Shown here: positions 45,394 to 56,500 of the stretch, piece by piece
How positions within the stretch are numbered: the first letter of the stretch is position 1
Layout of the letters: every line of letters starts with the position of its first letter
Origin: a virus
IMG/VR virus record: IMGVR_UViG_3300045911_000130
Span: 1 to 64,000 of that record
Length of the DNA stretch: 64,000 nucleotides
Reading direction: 5' to 3' (one strand)
Translations under genes and position numbers: made by a program
The notes under the pieces: model-generated
What the model saw: only the letters and a program-made list of their open reading frames with translations
Database searches by the model: none
What the model was told of the DNA's origin: nothing

Positions 45394-45709
45394 GCTGTTC
45401 GCAGCAATTATCGAGGAAGTTCTAAAAAACAATTACAAGCCAGAGGATCTTCGGGCTTGGTCGAAGGCATTGGCTTTTGCCATGCTGGGCGGTTTCATTT
45501 CTGCTTTCATCACTGGCTTGAGTGATTATTCTGCTATTATCATGGGCGATTCGCACGCTTGGCAGCGACTTTTCCATATCGGGGTGGGTGGCGCGGTTGG
45601 AAGCGGCTGGGCATACTTAAAGAATCCAGTGCCAAGGCAACCCATAAAGGAGCAGGACGAGCCCGAAGATAAGGACGCGCAATGCCCCAAGTTACCCTTG
45701 AAGAACTGA
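45365..45709 (+). CDS. Putative holin (two TM segments, YLK.PVP tail)
   Basis: Two hydrophobic helices and a charged C-terminus. Confidence 0.5.
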   Translation: MTRMTPAVGKLFAAIIEEVLKNNYKPEDLRAWSKALAFAMLGGFISAFITGLSDYSAIIMGDSHAWQRLFHIGVGGAVGSGWAYLKNPVPRQPIKEQDEPEDKDAQCPKLPLKN

Positions 45710-46329
45710 TAGAAGAAGTATATGACCGCGTTGAAAATAATCGAATCTTTTATCCTCGCGATGAAGTTGTCGATGTTATCAATGAGGGCATTTGCATTTT
45801 CAATTTGTTCATCGGGTTTCTTCAGGCCACAGTCGATCTTCCAGGATTGACCGTCGCCGGTCGCGTCATCTACGACGTTCCGGCTCCCATCATCATTCCC
45901 ATCCGCATCCAATACGAAGGGCGCATGTTGGAGCCATGGGCTACTGGCAATATCGGATATACCATCCCGGACTGGATGCAAAAAACCTCGGCAATGGAAG
46001 GGTATCCGCCTCAGCATTGGGTTCCAATCGGCATCAATAAGTTTGGGTTGCATCCCGCAGATTCGGAGGGCGGGCGAGTAGTCAGCATTACTGGCATCAT
46101 CGAGCCCACTCCGCTTGTCGATGATGATGACGTGATTCAGTTCCCGATAGAAGTAGGTAATAGCTTCTCGGACTATTGCGCTCATGTGCTGCAATTGGAC
46201 GAAGGCGGAATGACATTCAAAACATCGGAGGCTATTTACGATTCTTTCCTGGCTGATGTTTCGGCGCAGAGCTATCTTGCGACTTTGCGGCAACCTTACA
46301 AGAATTCTGTGATAAGGAATCCTAAGTGA
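45682..46329 (+). CDS. Head-tail adaptor-like protein
   Basis: TL.ELI..V..R...INEG; G.P..W...GLHP pattern. Confidence 0.65.
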   Translation: MPQVTLEELIEEVYDRVENNRIFYPRDEVVDVINEGICIFNLFIGFLQATVDLPGLTVAGRVIYDVPAPIIIPIRIQYEGRMLEPWATGNIGYTIPDWMQKTSAMEGYPPQHWVPIGINKFGLHPADSEGGRVVSITGIIEPTPLVDDDDVIQFPIEVGNSFSDYCAHVLQLDEGGMTFKTSEAIYDSFLADVSAQSYLATLRQPYKNSVIRNPK

Positions 46330-47144
46330 TGGCAACGCGAATTCGGTCTATCTATGTTTCAGTAATCCGGCCATTGCTTGAGCCCGATGGTTTGAATCTT
46401 GGCCTAATCTCCGAATCCAATATCATCAATCAAATTGGAATCGTTATCCAGGACTTTGTAGAAAAGGCTGGCCTCGTTAAGGGAATAGCGTGCCAGCAGG
46501 CGCGTTTGAATCAGGGGGTTTACACCGGTCCCAACAAGCTGAGTAACGTTGATGAAGTGTTCTACGACCAAAGCCAGTTGTTTGAAGATAACACGTTCCA
46601 AATCAGCAATGCGGATTACGATTGGGACCAAATGCTACCATCCAATCCTGAAAAGTACAGGGAGGATGAATTACTTCCAAAGCGGTTCGGCATTTATCCA
46701 AAGCCGCAAATGACAGGCCCGCAGTTCGCCACGAATCTCGGCAATCCCTTCTATGGGACTGTTGCAAATTTTGTTGCGGGATCTGAATTAACCTTGACGC
46801 CGCCTACGTCTGGATATGGCGTTATATCTAGAATCGCCGGTCCTTGTTACTTCGACACGCTTGGCGGAGGGTTTGGCACGTTGAGCGGCCTCAGCCTCAA
46901 TCGTCAAAACATCATGCAAGTTGGTACTGTGCAACCAACTTTTCAGGTGGCTCAACTTGAAGACATCATCACACAGATACCGGATTCGTTTTTGAAATAC
47001 ATACGGTACGGTGTGCTCCAACGTATCTTTGAGAATGACGCGGAACTCAAGGATACGATGCGGGCGAAGTATTGCGCTCGCCGCTACCGCGAAGGGATTG
47101 CGATTGCCTCGGCGGTTAATCGCGAGATCGTTGGCAACCAATGA
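46329..47144 (+). CDS. Head-tail adaptor-like protein (paralogue)
   Basis: FGIYP.P; IP..F..YI.YGVL...F..D.E. Confidence 0.65.
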   Translation: MATRIRSIYVSVIRPLLEPDGLNLGLISESNIINQIGIVIQDFVEKAGLVKGIACQQARLNQGVYTGPNKLSNVDEVFYDQSQLFEDNTFQISNADYDWDQMLPSNPEKYREDELLPKRFGIYPKPQMTGPQFATNLGNPFYGTVANFVAGSELTLTPPTSGYGVISRIAGPCYFDTLGGGFGTLSGLSLNRQNIMQVGTVQPTFQVAQLEDIITQIPDSFLKYIRYGVLQRIFENDAELKDTMRAKYCARRYREGIAIASAVNREIVGNQ

Positions 47145-50100
47145 AACCGCAAAGCACTGTAACCAGTAAATTTCTTAATCGTGGTCTCATTCTGAGAAAG
47201 GACCAGGATTCCCTAGAGCCCGGAGAGTATTACGAACTGCTGAACATGCAGAGCGTGCAAGAGGGCGCAATGACTTTGCGTCTGGGCAATGCCGATCTTG
47301 CTCCGACGCTTGCTGCTTCTCTGTGGCCTAACACGTCTGGCAACCGCCTGCACACGATCACCAAGCTCACGCTTTCTCCTGACAATACGCAAAATCCAAG
47401 GTACATCGGATATGGGAACCTAATTTACAGAACCACGCCACAGGCAAATGGGGAATACACCAGCGCCACTTCTATTGCCCTAGACGGCTCTGAAGTGGCG
47501 GGTGCGCCCCCGGTCCCGAATCCGCAGCCGTACTTGCAGAAAAATGAGCGATGGGGAAGCGCTGTCTACAATACCGGAACGCAAGGACAGAGCAGCCAGT
47601 ATTTTGCGACTTCCAAAGGATTGGCGCGGCATGACGGTGGCACCGGCAAGCTGCAATTGTGGGGTGTTCCGGCTCCACTTGCGCCCGCCGTAGCGGTCGT
47701 TGGCGCGGCATCCATCGTCAATGTCCTGACTCCAAATAGTGGTCCATTCCGCATCCAGATACAGATTACCGGATCGACGCCGATCAGCGTCATTGGCACG
47801 GCTGGATACTACCGCTACAGCTACAACGTTGTAAGCGGGCAGCCTCCGGCGGAGAACATGATTCTCTACAATGGCTCGGAAACGATCCAAGTAGCAGCAA
47901 TCGATCCCGCAAGCAACTCATTCTTCGCTTACACCAACACAGCCAAAACCGGTGTCTGGTATGATCGCGGAACGTCGCTGCAACCTTCGACGGCTGGCGT
48001 TGTGCAGGCAACCGTATCTTTTTTCGCGGCGAAAAATCTCAGCCTAAATGGAGATCCAAAAGACCAATTTGATACGGTCGATCCGGTTTATATCTCGATC
48101 TATGTTGACCAGCCGCAGGTGATTCAGGATCTTCGTATACGGCTCGGAGTGGGAGAAACAGCAGATCCGGGGGGCAATCCGACTAATTTTTACGAAACGG
48201 TTGTTACTCCGTCTACCATTGCGCCGGTCGTCACGGCAGCGACGGACCCAGCCAATCAGGCGAACGTTTACGACTATGCACGGCAACGCGCCGATTTGGT
48301 GAATCAGGGTATTGTAGGCGATTTCATCAATGAGAACGACTATCTCTTGCAGCAGACGCGCCCGCAGGAATTTCCTCCAACGATCTTTGGTGAACCAGTC
48401 TGGGTGCAAATCGGGCCGCAGAAGCGCGAATTTGTGACTGTGGGCAAAGCTGGACAGCCCGGTTTTGACTGGCGCTCAATTACGTCCGTCACGATCATCG
48501 CCCGGTCGCAGAATTCGGCCATAACAACGCCGTTCAATGTCGCCTTGGGCAACGTGGCGGCGGTCGGTGGCGGTGGCCCAGATGCCGCGCAGCCGGGCTA
48601 TTTCCCGTACAACTACCTGTACCGTTATCGCAACGCCAAGTCGAATGCGCCGGGCAATCCATGCGTAGATCAGCCGGATAACAGCGGCGTGATCCCCAAG
48701 CGCCAGTCGGTTATTGTCCGGGTGCGCGGGACGGAAACCGCCGTGGCGGGGCAGCCGCAACGCGACGACTTGTATGGCGCTGGAACTCTCCAGGTGTTCC
48801 GGCGGGGAGGTCTATTTTCGGACGGCCTCTATCGATTGGTCAAGAACCATTTCAACCCTTTGACCATCACCGGAACGATTTCGGGAACGACCCTGACGAA
48901 GACGAGCAACGCCAATTGGCAATTTGCATCGTTTTTGGTCGGCGCAAGCGTGACGTACACCAACGGCAGCGTGCCGCGCTCGACCACGATTACGGCCATC
49001 TTGTCCGGCCAACAGGTGCAACTTGCAGACGCAGACGCCTTTACCGGTGTAATTCAGATTGGCACCATTGTCATTGACAACACAGCCGACGAAGATATCC
49101 TTGGCGCTGAAGTCATGGAATTCGACAATGACCAGCCAGTCACCAGCACGCTCAAGCAAGCGGTGTCCGGCGTTATTGGTGCATTCCTATTCGGAGGCGG
49201 CGGCATTGGCATCAACCGGATTACGGTGGGCTCACAGCGTGGGGATGCTCCCGCTGTTAGAATCGGCTCAATCATTAATATCGGAAGCGGCTCAAGTTAT
49301 GAGCAAGCTCGAATTATTTTCATCTACGGCAACAATCCGCTCAACATCGAAGTGTACTTCCAGAAAACTCATACCGTGGGAGAGCAGATCGAAGTCAATG
49401 CGGCAGCCGGTCAACCTTGCACGCTTACGTGCGTAGTGGGCGATGCAGCTTTCATCGCGGGCGACCCAAATAATGAAGGCCTGTTATACAAAAGCAAACA
49501 GGGCAATCCTGAAGCGTTCCCAGTCGTCAATCAGGTAACTCGCAACTTAAATATAGTGCAGGTTACCGCGCCGTCGCAAAGACTTGTCGAGATCACCGAA
49601 TGGAATGGCGAGGTTTGCGCTCTTACGTCCGTCGGGATTAAAACCATTCGCATCTGGAATGGGGATCTTACTCCGCCACAAGAAACTCCAGCCAACCGTG
49701 GCTTGATGGATCGCAGATGTTACGCCAAGGGCGACAATCGCCTCTGGTATCTCTCTTATGATGGTATCTATGCGTGGACTGGCGGCCAAAGCCTAAAGAT
49801 TTCTGAGGCAGTAAACTGGATCTTCCAAGGGCGAACAGTCAACGGGATTCCTCCTCTCGATTACAATAATCTGACTTTTGCCTGCATGGAGTACGCGCAG
49901 AACACGCTGTATTTCAGTTATCTTGCACAGAATGGATTGTTCTACCGGCTGCGTTATGAAACGATGTTCGACCGGTGGCATTTGGACATCACCAACAGCA
50001 CGGCTGGGAATACGGATGTTGTCACTGCGTACTATCGAGAACTTGATACTGGACACTTGCTGGGCGCTCGATTAAATTCTGATGCGCCATCGCGATTTCA

Positions 50101-53100
50101 GTTCATTCAGGAACTCGCCTCCGGCACGGTGGGAAGTTCTGACACATTCCCGATCACCGATGCTACCGGCCTGGGTGGCAACGCGATTAAGTTCAGCATG
50201 GCGACTCCGGCATTTACTGGTGGCTCGCCGGAAACGCAGAAGCTCTTCACGCAAGTAATCCTAGAGCTTTCCAACCCGGATAGCGACGTTGCGGTTGTAC
50301 CGTATTACGATTTCGCCAGTATCCCAGGCGGGGACAGCTTTATCATTCCGGCTCAGCGTGGGACCTGTACGGTTACGGGGACGGCGTGTGCTCGTAATAC
50401 TGGCGTGCTATTCACTGCCGACATGGTGGGATCAGCAATTCGGTTTTCCAATGGCACGCTGAACGTCATAGCGGCTTTCGTCAATGCGAACGCAGTGACG
50501 CTACAAACTGCGCAAACTTTTAGCGGTACATTCTATCTTCTCAGGCGTCGGCGTGTTCCGTTGCCTTTGAATCAGACTCAAATAGTCGGACAAACCCTAG
50601 GGCGTGAAGCCTACGCGATATCTTACCAGATCAGCGGCGAAGGCCGCATCGCTCCGACTTTTAACAGTCTCACGTTCGACTTTGCTCCGCTTGCTGAGAT
50701 ACAGCGCGGCAAGAATGTTGACTGGGATGATCTTGGATATCCCTATGATAAGTGGCTGAAAACCTTAAGCATCGAATACAACATGAACGGGCAAGACGTT
50801 CTAATGTATCTCGACACGATCAGCGGGATTGAAGGCGAAACGCAGACGCTCGGAGTAATGCAGTTTTCTTTAGGAGGCACTGGAACTGGACGCTCCAAGG
50901 CGAATATCCCCGTTGTTTCGCAAGCCACGGATCGCGTTATCTGCAAGATGATGCGGCTTCGGCCAGCGGTTCAAGGTTCTAACATTCAGATTTTTGATTA
51001 CAATTTAGACTTTGAGCAATACCCGGCTGATATTACGCGCTTCACCGACCCCAGCGACTACGGCAAGCCATGGGAAAAGTATTTCAATCAGTTGGTCATG
51101 GAGGTTGATACTGGCGGCGTGGCTGCGCAGGTTTTCATCTTCATTGACGGTTCGGGCACTCCAGCGCAAGGTCTGACGGTGACATCCACCAACACCGACC
51201 GAATGCGGCTTCTCACGTTGAGAAACGGAATTCGGGGCCGCATGGCGCGGCTTGCTGTGATTCCAGGTGTGGGCGGGAAGTTCCAGTTATTTAAGCACGA
51301 CTTCGTGACGACTCCGGCTGACAAAGGGCCAGTTACTCATACCTACGATTGGAGCAATCTTGGGCATCCAGACGACAAGCGCATGTACCATATGTCGTTT
51401 GAGTACGAAGTAACCAATACGATGGAAGTGCAGTTGAGCGGAACTGTCGGTATTGGTAATTCGCAGGTTCCACAAAACATCACGACGTTTACGCTGACTC
51501 CTGGGGGCCGCAAAGAAGTAACGTATCAATTCCCGATTAATTCGGTGTACAAGCTGATCCGCTTGCAGCCGACGCTGACTAATCCACTTACGGACGCCAA
51601 GATCTACGTTCCTCAGTGGCAATTTGAAAAGTATCCACCGGACATTGTGCCTTACACGGAGCCTTCCAATTGGGGCTCACCATACCGGAAATACTTTCAG
51701 CAATTAAATTTGGATGTGGATACTGGCGGCGTCAATGCGACTGTGCAAATCGAAATTGACGGCAATATAGTGCAATCGCTTACCGTCAACACAACAGCGC
51801 TGAATCGTCTAGTCAATCTGACGTTGCTTGGTAACTTACTCGGGAGGCAAGCCCGCATTATCAATACTGCGGGGCCGGGCGGCAAGTTCCAACTTTTTAA
51901 CCACGAATTTATTACGCTTGCAGCCGACAAGGGGCCGGTTCTTCATACCTATGACTGGACCAACAACGGCCATCCCTATGACAAACGGTTTTATGAAATA
52001 GCATTTGAATATGAAGTTCCAGTGCCGATGAATATGGTACTGGAGGGCCGTTCTGGAATCGGCGGGAACCAGACGACGACCGTGATTACAACGCTGGCTT
52101 TGACGCCGGGCGGTCGCAATATGCAGAATTACGCTTTCCCGAACAATAGCGTATACAAGCAAGTCCGTCTGAGGCCGGAAGCCGGAGTACCGCCGGAAGG
52201 CGCTCGCATCTATCAGCCGGTATTTCAGGCAGAGAACTATCCGCCTGATGTAGTGCCATTCACCGAACCATTAGACTACGGCACTCCATACGACAAGTAC
52301 TTTAATCAATTGGACTTGGACGTGGATACTGGCGGAGTGACCGCTACGGTCCAAGTGGAAATTGATGGCGCGGTTGTCCAAACCTTGCAGGTGACGACCA
52401 CTCAATACGACCGTAAGCGTAACTTAACCCTATTGCCGCAGTTGAAAGGCAAGCTTGGCCGCATTGTCAACACAGCAGGGCCGGGCGGCAAATTCCAACT
52501 ATTCAATCAAACTTTTATTGTGGTCCCGGCTGATCCGGGGCCTGTGGTTCATAGTTTCGATTGGGACAATTTAGGACATCCTTACGATAAGCGCTTAAAG
52601 AGTGTAACTCTTGAGTACGACCCAGACGGTGTAAGCGGTGTCAACATGTTGATGGACACTATCACCGGCAACGATGGGACCATCCTTACGTTGGACGCAT
52701 TGACGTTCCCGCTCGCTGGGAGTGACCGCAGCCTACAGACATTTCCGATCCCAGATGGGACCGTAGTCAAGATGATTCGCTTTCATCCTCAGACTACTGG
52801 CGTCAATTGGAAGCATTGGAAGTATACCTTTGACTTTGAGCGGATGCCGCAAGATACGCTTCTGTTTACGGAGTTCGACGATCTTGGCTATCCATGCGAA
52901 AAGATACTTCGCAGCATTAACATTGATGCGGATACGGGCGGAGTGACAGCAGATTTGCACCTTGAGGTAGACGGACAAATCTCACACACTTTCCAGGTGC
53001 AGACGACTGAATTCGACCGAACCAGAGTTTTGACGCCTCCCAGCGACATCATCGGATTCCGGTTCCGCATGAAACTTGTACCAGGGCTGGGCGGGAAATT

Positions 53101-53542
53101 CCAGTTATTCAAGTACCAATACGACCGGCTCTTGGAACCGTGCCGGGTAAACCGATGGGACAGCTATGAGCAAAGTTTTGGCAGTAATGGGTACAAGTTC
53201 ATGAAGCAAGTTTGGTTGGAATACACCAGTACTTGCTCATTGGCAATGTTCATCTATCGGGATGACGGCGAATTGTTTCACGTGGAACCTCTTCCGGCGC
53301 ATGACACGCGGTCCGTTTATCGCTTTTTCGTGCCCAAGGTTGGCGACCCTTCTGTCGTTGGTGCCGAAAAACGTTACAATAAGAGCAAAATTTATAGGTT
53401 TGTGATGGTGGCCGACAATACAGACGGCTGGTTTAAGTTCTACCGGGATGCGTCTCGCGTTGAGACGCTGAACACTGGACAGGATCAGCGGGCTGGATAT
53501 CAGCAGCACTATCTGTTTACGCAAATGCCAATTCCGGTGTAA
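47141..53542 (+). CDS. Giant tail nozzle/stabilisation-like protein (2133 aa) with C-terminal tandem repeats
   Basis: N-terminal GL......L.PGE...L.N; propeller-like LS.DGIY...G....KIS; position after the adaptors. Confidence 0.7.
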   Translation: MKPQSTVTSKFLNRGLILRKDQDSLEPGEYYELLNMQSVQEGAMTLRLGNADLAPTLAASLWPNTSGNRLHTITKLTLSPDNTQNPRYIGYGNLIYRTTPQANGEYTSATSIALDGSEVAGAPPVPNPQPYLQKNERWGSAVYNTGTQGQSSQYFATSKGLARHDGGTGKLQLWGVPAPLAPAVAVVGAASIVNVLTPNSGPFRIQIQITGSTPISVIGTAGYYRYSYNVVSGQPPAENMILYNGSETIQVAAIDPASNSFFAYTNTAKTGVWYDRGTSLQPSTAGVVQATVSFFAAKNLSLNGDPKDQFDTVDPVYISIYVDQPQVIQDLRIRLGVGETADPGGNPTNFYETVVTPSTIAPVVTAATDPANQANVYDYARQRADLVNQGIVGDFINENDYLLQQTRPQEFPPTIFGEPVWVQIGPQKREFVTVGKAGQPGFDWRSITSVTIIARSQNSAITTPFNVALGNVAAVGGGGPDAAQPGYFPYNYLYRYRNAKSNAPGNPCVDQPDNSGVIPKRQSVIVRVRGTETAVAGQPQRDDLYGAGTLQVFRRGGLFSDGLYRLVKNHFNPLTITGTISGTTLTKTSNANWQFASFLVGASVTYTNGSVPRSTTITAILSGQQVQLADADAFTGVIQIGTIVIDNTADEDILGAEVMEFDNDQPVTSTLKQAVSGVIGAFLFGGGGIGINRITVGSQRGDAPAVRIGSIINIGSGSSYEQARIIFIYGNNPLNIEVYFQKTHTVGEQIEVNAAAGQPCTLTCVVGDAAFIAGDPNNEGLLYKSKQGNPEAFPVVNQVTRNLNIVQVTAPSQRLVEITEWNGEVCALTSVGIKTIRIWNGDLTPPQETPANRGLMDRRCYAKGDNRLWYLSYDGIYAWTGGQSLKISEAVNWIFQGRTVNGIPPLDYNNLTFACMEYAQNTLYFSYLAQNGLFYRLRYETMFDRWHLDITNSTAGNTDVVTAYYRELDTGHLLGARLNSDAPSRFQFIQELASGTVGSSDTFPITDATGLGGNAIKFSMATPAFTGGSPETQKLFTQVILELSNPDSDVAVVPYYDFASIPGGDSFIIPAQRGTCTVTGTACARNTGVLFTADMVGSAIRFSNGTLNVIAAFVNANAVTLQTAQTFSGTFYLLRRRRVPLPLNQTQIVGQTLGREAYAISYQISGEGRIAPTFNSLTFDFAPLAEIQRGKNVDWDDLGYPYDKWLKTLSIEYNMNGQDVLMYLDTISGIEGETQTLGVMQFSLGGTGTGRSKANIPVVSQATDRVICKMMRLRPAVQGSNIQIFDYNLDFEQYPADITRFTDPSDYGKPWEKYFNQLVMEVDTGGVAAQVFIFIDGSGTPAQGLTVTSTNTDRMRLLTLRNGIRGRMARLAVIPGVGGKFQLFKHDFVTTPADKGPVTHTYDWSNLGHPDDKRMYHMSFEYEVTNTMEVQLSGTVGIGNSQVPQNITTFTLTPGGRKEVTYQFPINSVYKLIRLQPTLTNPLTDAKIYVPQWQFEKYPPDIVPYTEPSNWGSPYRKYFQQLNLDVDTGGVNATVQIEIDGNIVQSLTVNTTALNRLVNLTLLGNLLGRQARIINTAGPGGKFQLFNHEFITLAADKGPVLHTYDWTNNGHPYDKRFYEIAFEYEVPVPMNMVLEGRSGIGGNQTTTVITTLALTPGGRNMQNYAFPNNSVYKQVRLRPEAGVPPEGARIYQPVFQAENYPPDVVPFTEPLDYGTPYDKYFNQLDLDVDTGGVTATVQVEIDGAVVQTLQVTTTQYDRKRNLTLLPQLKGKLGRIVNTAGPGGKFQLFNQTFIVVPADPGPVVHSFDWDNLGHPYDKRLKSVTLEYDPDGVSGVNMLMDTITGNDGTILTLDALTFPLAGSDRSLQTFPIPDGTVVKMIRFHPQTTGVNWKHWKYTFDFERMPQDTLLFTEFDDLGYPCEKILRSINIDADTGGVTADLHLEVDGQISHTFQVQTTEFDRTRVLTPPSDIIGFRFRMKLVPGLGGKFQLFKYQYDRLLEPCRVNRWDSYEQSFGSNGYKFMKQVWLEYTSTCSLAMFIYRDDGELFHVEPLPAHDTRSVYRFFVPKVGDPSVVGAEKRYNKSKIYRFVMVADNTDGWFKFYRDASRVETLNTGQDQRAGYQQHYLFTQMPIPV

Positions 53543-53544
53543 GC

Positions 53545-56500
53545 ATGGCTAAAAACACCATAAGCGATTTGACGATTTCGGACCTGCAAGATCCAACACT
53601 GTTTCGTCTGAATTCGGTTTTGCGTTTTCTTGCGCAGCAAGTGACAGCCGTTCAAACTGGCAGTGGACCCTATCGCTTTGTAGACCGCATTACGGCTCCA
53701 GCTATGTTTCTGGATACGGATGCCATTCCAACCGATCCGTTGGCTGTGCTGACAAAGGGCGCGGCGGACAAGCTGTACAGCCCGGAAGCGCTCGGAGCGG
53801 CTCTGAGCACTGGTCGCTTTGAGGGCCAACCAATCGGAGGCGGCGGTGTTGGCGGCGGTAGTGGAACCGGCGGCGGAAGCGGCAGCACTACGCAAGTACA
53901 AGTTTCCTACGGCGTGTTTTACGCCAATTCCATACAGCGCCAACTCAATCAGAAGCTTGGCGATCAGGTCTCGGTTCTCGACTTTGGCGCGGTCGGAGAC
54001 GATACCACTGACAGCACAATGGCATTTCAGAATGCGCTGGACGCGGTGCAGGCCGCCGGGCGCTCGACGGAAATCTTGGTGCCAGCCGGAACGTATCGTC
54101 TGCGGCAAGTCAAGATCAATCCAAACACACCGCCGGTGCGCTTTGTGGGGCAGGGGGAAGGTTCAGTACTGAAGTTCTGGACACGCTACAATACGGCGTC
54201 GGAAACCTGGGATGTGCCAGCCGGGGAAGGGCGCATATTCATTCAAAGCTCTAATGTCGCATTCAAGGATCTTGTATTGGACGGCAATCAAACGGTGCCA
54301 GTGCAGTTTAGCTACGATGCTATCCCGAATAGAGACATGCTCTCCAATGTGGTGACGGATCGCTCGATGATCTGGGTAAAACCCACTTCTGGAAATCCAG
54401 TATCCGGTATCAACTTAAGCGGCGTTATCATGCGCCATGTGCTAGGGCATGGTTTGATTCTCGATACCTCCTCTGCGGCTATCCGCGATGTATGCGTGGT
54501 CAATGTCAGGTGGGAGCAAACACGCTCTGGTCTGTTCGGCGTAACTACCGTCTCAGCGGTGGTGAATCGGACGGGCGCTTCCGTGGCGCGGGTGTCCGGT
54601 GGCGTATTCGTCGGCGGCATGGCTGGGCAGTACGTGGTCATTGGATCGCGAGCCTATCGCGTGCAGTCTGTTGTGGATGGCAACACGTTGACGCTCGCCA
54701 ACGACGAGGCCGGGAATCCCCCATTTGGCTCAGAGACCGGGGTGAGCTTCTGGTGGGGCTCAGACATGCAGTATGGTGGGCCGATGGCCTGCGTCTACTA
54801 TCGCGGCAACGGGCAGGCGCAAGGCGACCCGATGCTAAGCAATCTGGTCATCGTGGGCAACACTTTCCGGCGCTTCAACGGCGAGTGCGTGAAGGGAGAC
54901 GCCTTGGGCATCGAGGCGCTTCATTCCGGGATCAGCATATCTGGCAACGTGTTCTGGGAAATCGGTTACGGAACGGCGTGTCCGGGCTTTAGCGATGGCG
55001 TGACGGTAAGCGGCAACGGTGGCCGCCGGATCGGTTACGTGACCACTTCGGACGCGGCGGCGGCAATTCCCAAGTATCTTGCCAACAACAATGCGTCCGT
55101 AATGCGAACTTACGGGCTGGTTCGCTCGTTCTCTGTCACCTGCAATTCTTTCTTGAATTTCAACGGCAACGGCATCTGGCTTAGTGGCGCTTCCAATGGT
55201 TCTTGCACAGGCAACGCGCTTGCGATTGCCAATCCAGGCACGTCGCTGTTCAATGAAGATAGCGTCGGAGGATACGGCACCGTTGGAAATAACCTCAGCA
55301 CTGGAATCTATGTTGATAACTACTTTCAGGAACAAGGCGCGGACCGTGTGGTAGTAGCGGCCAACTCTATCACGAATACGGGATTGGGGGGCATACTTCT
55401 CCGAAATGCACGTCGGTGCGCAATCAAGACTAATAGCATTTCGTTGAATTCGACTGCCTTGGAAATTCCTATATTCATCACTAACTTTAAGGGGATTGTC
55501 GGCGGCGCACTGCAAACCTATGCGCAGTGGCAAGCGAGCAGCAATCATCGAAGCTACGACAATGACATCTGCGACAACGTTCTTTACATGGAAAATGGCG
55601 TCAAGGTGGGAATTCAAGAAGTTACGCTAAATGATCCTACAACTAACAATCCTTTTCTGTGGCAATCGACTGATGTAAACCGCATCTTCGACAACCGGAT
55701 GCTGGGCACCAACAGGGGAGAGTTTATCAAGGCTGCGCAATCCGGCAGTTATGTTGGCGCAAGTTGGTCTTCCCCGGACCCGGCGGCTACCGGCATCAGC
55801 CGTCTGGATCTCATTCGGGATGGGTTTGCCAGCACAGCGCGAACCACATGGCGCGTCAATGAAAGTGGCACGGTAAGCGAGATCATGCGGCTGTTGGATG
55901 CCAAGCCGCAATTGCAGATAGGTGCGGATACGGCGGCCAAAGGCATGGTGCTGACAGGCAACCGATCCGGGCTGCAATTCAACGATCTTGTCGGCACCGG
56001 CAAAGTGTACCTGGACGGATTTTTGTGGGTGCGGGCAGACACGTATAGCGCCGCTGAAGCCGACAGCCTTGACGACACGCAAGGTCTCATTGCATGGGAT
56101 GCCGCGAACAAAAAGCTTGTGGCAAGCGAAACGACCAACAGCGGCGCTCGCGTTTGGCAGAATCTCTTGGGCCAGGATACGGACCCCGGTGGCCCGGATC
56201 AGGCGATTCAGTTCAATAACTCTGGAAGCTTTGCGGGCTCTGCAAATTTGCTTTTCGACTCAGCGACACGCCTAGTTTCTCTCCTGGGGACTATGCACAT
56301 CGTGGCAGACGCGGCAAACAACGCCGACATCGTGTTAATAGTCCGGGCAGCGGCTGGTCAGACTGGCAACTTGCAGGAATGGCGCGATGGCAATGGCAAT
56401 TCTCTTGTGGCTATCGCTCCGAACGGTGGCTTGTATTTTAGGACGGCGGCGCTTGTTCCAGCCGGTGGCGTAGGAGTTATTGGTTATAACACGGCTACCG

